A stretch of DNA of 39,988 nt from a virus (lineage: Duplodnaviria; Caudoviricetes). The stretch covers positions 1 through 39,988 of IMG/VR virus record IMGVR_UViG_3300017658_000008; one strand, written 5' to 3'. Every line of letters begins with the position of its first letter. Position 1 is the stretch's first letter. The notes under the pieces were generated by a model. That model was not told the origin of the DNA, searched no databases, and was given only the letters and a program-made list of their open reading frames with translations. The position numbers were made by a program, and so were the translations under genes. Shown here one piece after another: positions 26,306 through 33,847 of the stretch.

Positions 26306-26949
26306 TGCCGCTGGGAACGGGCATCATCGGCGGGGGGCGATTCCCGTCTGTCATCGCGAGCACGCAGACCAACAACGGTAGCCCGGTCGGCAGCGGAAAC
26401 GTCAATCTCCCGGCGGGGATCGTTGCTGGTGAGTTGCTGCTGATCCATTGCAGTTTGTTCAACGCAACCGCGTCAGGCTGGACGCAGGCGTTCGTGCCCA
26501 CGAATGCTGCGCATGGCACTGTCTTGTGGAAGATAGCCACCGGGTCCGAAGGTTCCACAGTTGCGGTGACGAATGCCGGTGGCACGCAGTACCTCGCCGC
26601 GATCGCGTGGCGGATCAAAGGCGGCAAGGCGGTAGAGGCACCGTCCTCGCCTGCGACTGGCGCCAGCACATCGCCTGCGCCCGCATCGCTGACGCCATCA
26701 TGGGGCAAGCGGAGCACGCTTTGGTTCGCGCTGCTGCATACCAACGGGTTGTTTCAGAGCGCACCCACGGTGTCCGCTTACCCATCCGGGTTCAGCGATG
26801 GGCAACAACGGAACGCGTCGAACAGCAACGGCTTCAATTCTGTCGCCGCAGCTTGGATGCAGGACCGCGCGGCCACGATGTCGCCAGGGACTTTCACGTT
26901 GAGCGCAAGCCGTAGCTGGGCGGCCTACACCATCGGCATCAAGCCGTGA
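26302..26949 (+). CDS. Minor tail/fibre tip-like protein
   Basis: VNLPAGIVAGELLL, WKIATGSEG motifs. Confidence 0.6.
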   Translation: MMPLGTGIIGGGRFPSVIASTQTNNGSPVGSGNVNLPAGIVAGELLLIHCSLFNATASGWTQAFVPTNAAHGTVLWKIATGSEGSTVAVTNAGGTQYLAAIAWRIKGGKAVEAPSSPATGASTSPAPASLTPSWGKRSTLWFALLHTNGLFQSAPTVSAYPSGFSDGQQRNASNSNGFNSVAAAWMQDRAATMSPGTFTLSASRSWAAYTIGIKP

Positions 26950-27359
26950 CAGCCAGCATCGATGGCATCCATCCAACCGACATCGACCTCTATTGGCCGC
27001 TGGTCGAAGCCTGGGTGGAAGCGGCAGCGTCGGATGTTGCCTCGTGGTCGACGGCCGACTGGCGCCACAAGGTGGAAACCGGCCACGCGCAGTTGTGGCT
27101 CATCCGTCTTCGCTCCGCACTGAGCGGCGTCATCATCACCGAGATCTACGACACGGCGGCGGGGAAGACGTGCGCCCTCCCCATCGTCGGCGGAACGCAC
27201 CTGAAACAATCCCTCCCCGTGCTCGCCGATATCGAAGCCTGGGCCAGGGAGCAGGGCTGCACCCGGTTGCAGGGTGACGGCCGCGAAGGGTGGGTGCGGG
27301 CGTTGCAAAGTCTCGGCTGGCGTCCGGTGAGCGTACAGATCGCAAAGGAACTCATCTGA
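26946..27359 (+). CDS. GNAT-like virion assembly protein
   Basis: AQLW...TEI...GG.....IEAWAREQGC..L...GREGW.R. Confidence 0.7.
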   Translation: MTASIDGIHPTDIDLYWPLVEAWVEAAASDVASWSTADWRHKVETGHAQLWLIRLRSALSGVIITEIYDTAAGKTCALPIVGGTHLKQSLPVLADIEAWAREQGCTRLQGDGREGWVRALQSLGWRPVSVQIAKELI

Positions 27360-28051
27360 TGGGCTCATCGAAGCAAACGCAGACCTCGCAAGCCACGCCC
27401 TATTCAGCAGCCAAGCCGGTCATCAATGCGCAGGGCCAGGCGGCGCAGAACTATCTCTCCGACCCCAACGCCACGGCGGGTGCCAAGTCGGCGGCCGGCT
27501 ACTATCAGAACGTCGTCAACGGCGACTATCTCAACCCGGGCAACCCATATACGGATCAGCTCTCCGATTCGATCTGGTCGGAGGTGGCCCCCAGGGTCAA
27601 CAACAACTACGCGGCGGCCGGGCTTCCGAACTCGACGCTGGCACAGGGCACGATGGCGAAGGAGTACGCCCGCGCCCTCGCCCAGCCGCTGTTCGCCAAC
27701 TACCAGAACGAGCGCGGCATGCAGCAGCAGGCGGCCGCTGCCCTTCCCGGGGCGGAGTTCGCCGCCTCAGACGCCGGCAAGGCGGCGAACACGCTGCCGA
27801 TCTCCTCGTCGATGACGCCCTATGCGAGCCAGACGCAGACTTCGCAGACGCAGCAGCCCTTGTGGCAGCAGGTGGCCGGCGGCGCGCTCGCGGGTGCAGC
27901 GCTGCTCGGCGCGCCTTATACGGGTGGGGCGAGCCTTGGATTGCTCGGCGGTGCAGGCGGCCAGACACTCGGCGGCGCGGCCATGAACACGCTGCAGGGC
28001 AAGCCGGCCGAGTACGGGTATAGCTGGGCTCCCTGGGTTCAGTATTCCTGA
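27359..28051 (+). CDS. DNA ejection/pilot protein (gp7-like)
   Basis: MGSSKQTQTS start; Gln/Ala/Gly-rich; hydrophobic Gly-rich C-terminus. Confidence 0.7.
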   Translation: MGSSKQTQTSQATPYSAAKPVINAQGQAAQNYLSDPNATAGAKSAAGYYQNVVNGDYLNPGNPYTDQLSDSIWSEVAPRVNNNYAAAGLPNSTLAQGTMAKEYARALAQPLFANYQNERGMQQQAAAALPGAEFAASDAGKAANTLPISSSMTPYASQTQTSQTQQPLWQQVAGGALAGAALLGAPYTGGASLGLLGGAGGQTLGGAAMNTLQGKPAEYGYSWAPWVQYS

Positions 28052-30816
28052 TGCCGCCGCTTTTCGTCCGGGACGATCCGGAAGCCCCCGGCCTGATGCG
28101 CAAGCCGCAGGAGAAGCGCGTCGGCTTCCGCGCCTCCATGCTCCCCATCGGCAACTACGAGGATGGATCTGTAGCTTTTCCCGTCTGGCCACAGAGCGCG
28201 GTGGACGCCAAGAACGCGCTGATGCGCTTCGGCAATGCCACGCATGCCGCAACGAGCGGCGAGCCATGGTCACCGGCTGAGACGTTCCCTCGAGACGAGG
28301 ACGCGGTGCTTGCCGGCCTGGCGATGACGGGCGCGGGGTTTGCGCCGTGGGCGTCCCGCGGGGCAGCCGGGAATATCAATCTCGTCGACCCGATACGCGC
28401 ACGCTGGATTAACAGGACAGCGCCGGAAGGACCGGTGGCGGTCCACCGCGCGCCGCCATTTGAGGCAAGAAACCCGCTCAACATCGGGGGGCGGGCCGAT
28501 CTAATCCCAGAAACTGCGGCTAACGATGCGCGCGGCCCGATGTGGCATCGACCATACCCCGACGCACCTTTGACCGATGACGGTGATTTGTACCTAGGCG
28601 CATGGGAGACCCAGACCTATCCGCGCTCATGGCACTCCGACAAGCCCTGGGACAGACTCGCATCAATGGGTTTTCATTTCTCACCAGAGGCAAGACGGGC
28701 CCTGCTGAAGCATCATGCGATGATTAACGAGGAGAACGCGGCAAGAGGGGAGCCATGGCGGTGGGCCGGTGATGGCGAATACGGCGATCCCGTCGCAGGC
28801 TTCCACGGCAACTTCGGCGCCACGCCGTGGAATTTCAATCCGAAAACCGGCGAGCCGGCCGATAAACATTTCTTTGCCGTGGAAGCCTGGAAGGAATATG
28901 AGCGCACACGCCCGCACGGCCCGCCAGGCGTCCCTCTTAACAACTATCCGGATGACTATTTCACAGCCAACGCCCCCGACGCAGCCCCGGCAGGAGCGTT
29001 GGCTATGGCGGCGGCTTCGGAAAGAGGCCTCTTCTCCAACCCCAAGGAAGCAGCCCCTGCAGGAGTATTGGCTTCATCTCTGTCTAACCGCGTGACCTTC
29101 ACGCCAGAGATGAAGGATTTTATCAAGCGCAATTACGCGAGCATGGATGAAGCCTCGCTCGCTGAAGGCCTTGGCATTGATAGGAAGACATTGCGAACAT
29201 TCTTGAATGCATCGCATGACGAGTTACACTTACGTCTGCGAGCACAGGGAAGCAAAATCAACGCCGCTACCAAAATCGGCAACTTAGATATGGATCGCGT
29301 GAAAGCCGCCCTGGACGAAGGCGTGTCAATCCGTGAGATTGCGCAAGCTCATGGGGTCGACCATAGCTATCTTGCAAAAAGGCTCGCGAAAGAAGGCATC
29401 CGCGAACAAACGCCCGTCCCAGACAACACGGCCAGGAACGCGCTCGCTGTCGAGTTGGTGAAGGCGGGAGCCAGCTACGACGAGACCGCCAATAAGCTTG
29501 GCATGACCCGCAATGCTGTGGCAGGAGCCATCAGTAGGGCCAAAGCCAAAGGACTCTACGCCAACCCCAAGGAAGCAGCTCCTGCAGGCCTCCTAGCCAT
29601 GGATGCCGCTTCACGCATGAAGCGGGCAAAGGCCTTAGGGTTCGATACTGACAAAACTTGGTATCACGGGACGAACAAAGCATTCGACACGTTCTCGCCA
29701 GAGAAGCGCGGTAGCAATACCGGCGCTCCGAGCGCGGACGTTGGGTATTTCTTCACCGATAGACCCGCGACCGCTTCGTATTATTCATCAGGGAACAGTG
29801 GTAACATCCCTGCAGCCGCGAAGGAGGCGGCACTTATTCGCGATGGCGCTGAACAGATGGCCAGCCTTTACGAGCAGATGGGCGATGTAGAGCGGGCGAT
29901 GCCTCATCGGCAGAGACAGGCCGAGGCGGGCGGCCCGAGTATTATACCAACCCATCTGCGTATGCAGAACCCTCTAATTCACGATTTCAAGGGTCGCGTA
30001 TTTAGGGACGAATCGTACCGCGATATTATAGACCGAGCGGTCGCTAAGGGGCACGATGGCGTCATTTTCAAAAACACTTACGATGCGGGTGAGTATTCGA
30101 AATTGGATGCCCTGCTTCAGGGACGCCTTCGGCCGGAAAACATTGCGGTAGCATTTGATCCAAAGAACATCCGGTCGAAGTTCGCTGCCTTCGACCCAGC
30201 CAAATCCGACAGCGCCAACCTTCTCGCAGCGAACAACCCCAAAGCCGCACCCGCAGGCATCCTGGCCACCTCAGGCCTCGATCGTCTCAAAGCAGAGGAA
30301 GCCGCCAAGCCGCGCTCCATCCCCGATGCCCCGCAGAGCTTTCCCGAGCTGGAATCCTACGTCGGCAAGAACTTCGAGAACGGCTCCGGCAACAGGGTCA
30401 TCGCTGCACGCGATCAGGACCCGCAGCGCTATTGGGACTATGCCAACGGGTTGCACGACGTGCTGCACCCGGAATCGGAATGGATGATGGGCGCACCGAC
30501 GCTGCATGCAGGTGGATCGTCCGGTGGCCTACTCGGAGCCGTCGGCGGACCCGCACCAGGGCTGATGAGACAGCCGGAAGAGGCACCGGCACCGGGGTTG
30601 ATGCGCATGGCGAAGAGCGACTATCGGTTCGCACCGCCGCAAAGAGGGACAGCAATGCCGCCTCGACTGCCGCTTTATGGCGACGGTTTTACGCAAGACA
30701 TGCTCGTGCCACCCGACTGGCCGTTCGGCGACCCTTACCCGCGTGTCCCGGTGACCGGTCCGAGGCTGAATCCGCCCGTTCGTCCTCTCGGTCCTGGGTT
30801 CCGGCTGGTCGATTAG
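28051..30816 (+). CDS. Modular polyvalent ejection-region protein (unknown module + multi-HTH/GcrA-like + ART-PolyVal-like)
   Basis: 921 aa; four AAPAG linkers; YHGT...GYFFT...DGVI...FDPKNIRSKFAAFDP ART-like motifs. Confidence 0.8.
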   Translation: MPPLFVRDDPEAPGLMRKPQEKRVGFRASMLPIGNYEDGSVAFPVWPQSAVDAKNALMRFGNATHAATSGEPWSPAETFPRDEDAVLAGLAMTGAGFAPWASRGAAGNINLVDPIRARWINRTAPEGPVAVHRAPPFEARNPLNIGGRADLIPETAANDARGPMWHRPYPDAPLTDDGDLYLGAWETQTYPRSWHSDKPWDRLASMGFHFSPEARRALLKHHAMINEENAARGEPWRWAGDGEYGDPVAGFHGNFGATPWNFNPKTGEPADKHFFAVEAWKEYERTRPHGPPGVPLNNYPDDYFTANAPDAAPAGALAMAAASERGLFSNPKEAAPAGVLASSLSNRVTFTPEMKDFIKRNYASMDEASLAEGLGIDRKTLRTFLNASHDELHLRLRAQGSKINAATKIGNLDMDRVKAALDEGVSIREIAQAHGVDHSYLAKRLAKEGIREQTPVPDNTARNALAVELVKAGASYDETANKLGMTRNAVAGAISRAKAKGLYANPKEAAPAGLLAMDAASRMKRAKALGFDTDKTWYHGTNKAFDTFSPEKRGSNTGAPSADVGYFFTDRPATASYYSSGNSGNIPAAAKEAALIRDGAEQMASLYEQMGDVERAMPHRQRQAEAGGPSIIPTHLRMQNPLIHDFKGRVFRDESYRDIIDRAVAKGHDGVIFKNTYDAGEYSKLDALLQGRLRPENIAVAFDPKNIRSKFAAFDPAKSDSANLLAANNPKAAPAGILATSGLDRLKAEEAAKPRSIPDAPQSFPELESYVGKNFENGSGNRVIAARDQDPQRYWDYANGLHDVLHPESEWMMGAPTLHAGGSSGGLLGAVGGPAPGLMRQPEEAPAPGLMRMAKSDYRFAPPQRGTAMPPRLPLYGDGFTQDMLVPPDWPFGDPYPRVPVTGPRLNPPVRPLGPGFRLVD
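28966..30268 (+). repeat. Four dispersed linker repeats (at 28966, 29036, 29561, 30234)
   Basis: CCAACCCCAAGGAAGCAGC[C/T]CCTGCAGG is 27/28 identical at 29036 and 29561; the other two copies are degenerate. Confidence 0.85.
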
Positions 30817-31022
30817 CGCGCGATCACGAGCGGCTTTTGCCAAGGCCCGCAGAAGACCTTTACGCGCGTGCCGTCACGTCGGTAGTGCTCAGCGAGCTTG
30901 CCGCGCCGCATGTGGCGCGCGGTCTTCCAACACTCAACCTCGGTCGACAGCGGGAATTTCACGAGCGTGAATTCTCCGCCCGAAGCGAGTGCAATGACCA
31001 AGTATAGCGTCGAAGCATCCAT
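30813..31022 (-). CDS. Small antisense moron protein
   Basis: MDASTLYLVIALASGG...C...C; AGGGG RBS. Confidence 0.55.
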   Translation of the reverse strand: MDASTLYLVIALASGGEFTLVKFPLSTEVECWKTARHMRRGKLAEHYRRDGTRVKVFCGPWQKPLVIAR

Positions 31023-31052
31023 ACCCCTATGCAACCAGATGATTGAGGCTAG

Positions 31053-31841
31053 ATGATGCCGGCTCTCTTCGATCCCTATGGCCAGCCGATGCCGGACGTG
31101 CCGAGGCGTCTCGTGCCGCCGTGGCAGCAGCAGATCGCGCCCGGGTTCGAGATGCTGCCCATGCCGCCGCCTGTTCAGGCCCGGACCGAACAAATGGCTA
31201 CACCTCCACCGGCGTCGCAACTCTCTCCTCCGTGGAACGCCGCTGAAAGAGCAGCCGATGCGATGATGCCGCAGTCGGCTCCGCTTTATCCGCCGCCGGC
31301 GTCACCCTATCGCTTCCCCTCGCCCGCGAGTGCATCAAACCCGCTCGAGTGGCTTGGCGGTGCGGTGCAGGATGTCGCGGATGATCCGTGGAGGGCTATC
31401 GAAGGAGGTGGCGCGAGCGCTGGTCTAGCTCTCGGCGCCGGCGCTGGTCTATTTGATGCCGCCAGCAACGTGTTCCGAGGCCCACGGCGCGCATTCACGG
31501 AGGCGGAGAGCAACGCTTTCCGTTCAGCCCGTCGCAGAACCGACGTTGAAATCTCCCGCCAGCCGCCGCACGCCGTGCAGGGGCGCAATCCAGACGGCAC
31601 GTTCCGTCCATTCACGGAGGCGCAGCGCGTCGAGCGAGAGCGCGGCATAGGCGCCAGGGCGCAGGACCAGATCAGCCGGGAAGCTGCCGTAAGGCGCGCG
31701 GTCGATGACGCCGAGATTTCTGCCCGACAGAAGAAATACATGCAGGATAATTGGGGCGGGCAGACACTTCCCGAGGAGCCTTCGCGAGAGCTCTTGGATA
31801 TCTGGAAGGGGTCCCCGAAGCCCCCATTCCGGCCTTACTGA
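31053..31841 (+). CDS. Pro-rich putative internal/ejection-region protein
   Basis: GAGG RBS; MMPALF start; Gly-rich hydrophobic middle. Confidence 0.65.
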   Translation: MMPALFDPYGQPMPDVPRRLVPPWQQQIAPGFEMLPMPPPVQARTEQMATPPPASQLSPPWNAAERAADAMMPQSAPLYPPPASPYRFPSPASASNPLEWLGGAVQDVADDPWRAIEGGGASAGLALGAGAGLFDAASNVFRGPRRAFTEAESNAFRSARRRTDVEISRQPPHAVQGRNPDGTFRPFTEAQRVERERGIGARAQDQISREAAVRRAVDDAEISARQKKYMQDNWGGQTLPEEPSRELLDIWKGSPKPPFRPY

Positions 31842-32028
31842 GCCGCCAGACTTGGTAGAGGTTCTTAGCGGCAGGCCACATGAAGATGGCGAATAGTCCG
31901 ATAGCAACAATCGCTGCTGTCGCGCCTCCGGTGTTTCGCGTCCCGAATAGCACAAAGGCGAGATAGGCGGCGACGGCCGCGGCAAACCAGAACGTTCGCC
32001 AGAAGTCGTAATGCGTTCTGATCCTCAT
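31672..32028 (-). CDS. Two-TM membrane protein (moron)
   Basis: Two hydrophobic helices; ATGA-coupled; its 3' end overlaps the opposite gene by about 170 bp. Confidence 0.55.
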   Translation of the reverse strand: MRIRTHYDFWRTFWFAAAVAAYLAFVLFGTRNTGGATAAIVAIGLFAIFMWPAAKNLYQVWRLSKAGMGASGTPSRYPRALAKAPREVSARPNYPACISSVGQKSRRHRPRALRQLPG

Positions 32029-32342
32029 CGCCTATCTCCCGAGGCTGCCATGAGCTCGTCGTAACCGGATATGGAGCCGCGGCAGTTCTCCATCAGCTTG
32101 TCCAGAGTGACGCCAAGGCGCGCCGCCTCAGTGGCGACGAACCTCGCAAGGAATTCGTCGCCACCCGGCATCTTGGTTGACTTCTGAAAGCCATACATTC
32201 CGATGATGGCTCCGCAAAATCCGGCGTATTTGGCCATGGCCAAAATTCCCTCGACCTGCGTGTCGTCGGCAACGGCAGATAGAGGCGTCATCAAAATGAT
32301 CGCGTAAGTCGCGACGCGCTTCAACATTTTGGCCTCTATCAT
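32025..32342 (-). CDS. Secreted protein (moron)
   Basis: Signal peptide ending AVA-DD; two Cys; TGATG-coupled. Confidence 0.65.
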   Translation of the reverse strand: MIEAKMLKRVATYAIILMTPLSAVADDTQVEGILAMAKYAGFCGAIIGMYGFQKSTKMPGGDEFLARFVATEAARLGVTLDKLMENCRGSISGYDELMAASGDRR

Positions 32343-32716
32343 CACCTGCAATTCGTCTGCACGGTTCCGCCGACACCATACGATGTGCAATTCACCGGTC
32401 GAGCGATCGGCATCGGTTGGGGTGGCGGTGGAGCGGATGCCGCCAATGCCGATGAGGCGGCCAGAAGGGATTGTGAATAGGCCGCCTGTCTCTGTGCCTG
32501 ATCCTGCCGCACAGACGCTATGAACTCGTTCTGCCGGCGGTACATCACCATCTTGTAGCAGTTGTCTTTCCACTCGCTCGATCGCTCCGGCTGATCGCAG
32601 GTGGTGACAGCTTCATAATGGGCGGCCTGCTTCGCCTGCTGCTCCAATTGAGCGTACGGATTGCCTCCGCAGCCTGAAACCAACGCGCATGTAAGCGCTG
32701 CAAATAAAATACGCAT
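32342..32716 (-). CDS. Lipoprotein (moron)
   Basis: MRILFAALTCALVSGC lipobox; C-terminal NCTSYG..GTVQTNCR. Confidence 0.75.
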   Translation of the reverse strand: MRILFAALTCALVSGCGGNPYAQLEQQAKQAAHYEAVTTCDQPERSSEWKDNCYKMVMYRRQNEFIASVRQDQAQRQAAYSQSLLAASSALAASAPPPPQPMPIARPVNCTSYGVGGTVQTNCR

Positions 32717-32785
32717 CACAACCCCCGAAGTATGCCGACGAGTATAACCAACTCCAGCGCACGCACAACGGGAACAAGCAGAATC

Positions 32786-33847
32786 ATGCCCCCTCTCTTC
32801 TCCCCCTTCGACTTCGGCGGCCCGCAGATGCAGTGGACGCGCGGTACGCAGATGCCGCCCCCCATGCAGGCGCCGCTGCAACAGCCCGAACAGTCGCCGC
32901 CGCCAAACCTCATGCAGCCCATGCCACAGCCATCGCCCCAGCCCCAGCAGGCTCCGCAGGGCGGTTTCCAGGGCCTCCTGGGGGGATTGGAGCAGGGCAT
33001 CTCCTCGCCGCTGTTCCAGGCCGGCATCGGGTTGATGTCGAGCGGCGTCCCAGGGCTGCAGCAGGGTCTGAAGACGGGCGCGGAGCTGCGCACCCTGCCG
33101 CTCGAGCGGCAGCTGAAAGAGGCGCAGATCGACTGGTACAAGGCGCGCGCCGCCGGCAAGGGCGTCGAGGCTCCCTCCAATGTCCGCGAGTGGGAGTACT
33201 TCAACCGGCTCAATCCGGCGCAGCAGCAGCAGTACCTCACCATGAAGCGGGCCGAGAAGTACCTCGACACCGAGACGGGATTTGTACGGCCGAACCCAGT
33301 TACAGGAGAGGTCGCGCCAGTCGTGTCGAAGGATGTCGCCGGCGCCGCCACCGCACGCAAGGCCGGCGAGGCAACGGGCCAAGCCCAGGGGCAACTGCCT
33401 TTGTCGATCGCTGCCGGCGAGAGGATCATCGGCAATATCGACAAGGCGCTCGCCGATCCGGCCCTTGGCAGGGTGACCGGCTCATTCGGCGGCCGTGCGC
33501 CGAATTGGTCCGAAGGCGCTCAACGTGCGCAATCCCGGGTCGACCAGGTGGTCGGTGGCGCCTTCCTGCAGGCCTACAACGACCTGCGCGGCGCCGGCTC
33601 GATTTCCGAGCGTGAGGGTGCGGCAGCCTCAGCCGCCTATACGCGCCTCAAAACGCAGACGATGGGCGATACCGACTATCGTGAGGCTCTGAAGGAGTTC
33701 CGCGAGGAGGTCAGGAAGCTCATGGGTATCGCGCGCGACCGCGCCGCCGGCCGCATCCCGCCGCTCGGCGCGGCGGAGATGGGCGATGGCCCCCAGAGCG
33801 GGGCAGGTGGGGGAGATAGTGGCTGGTCGGCACGGGAGCTTGACTGA
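32786..33847 (+). CDS. DNA ejection protein (gp20-like)
   Basis: MPPLF start; Q/P-rich N-terminus; PSNVREWEY; LRGAGSISEREG. Confidence 0.75.
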   Translation: MPPLFSPFDFGGPQMQWTRGTQMPPPMQAPLQQPEQSPPPNLMQPMPQPSPQPQQAPQGGFQGLLGGLEQGISSPLFQAGIGLMSSGVPGLQQGLKTGAELRTLPLERQLKEAQIDWYKARAAGKGVEAPSNVREWEYFNRLNPAQQQQYLTMKRAEKYLDTETGFVRPNPVTGEVAPVVSKDVAGAATARKAGEATGQAQGQLPLSIAAGERIIGNIDKALADPALGRVTGSFGGRAPNWSEGAQRAQSRVDQVVGGAFLQAYNDLRGAGSISEREGAAASAAYTRLKTQTMGDTDYREALKEFREEVRKLMGIARDRAAGRIPPLGAAEMGDGPQSGAGGGDSGWSARELD

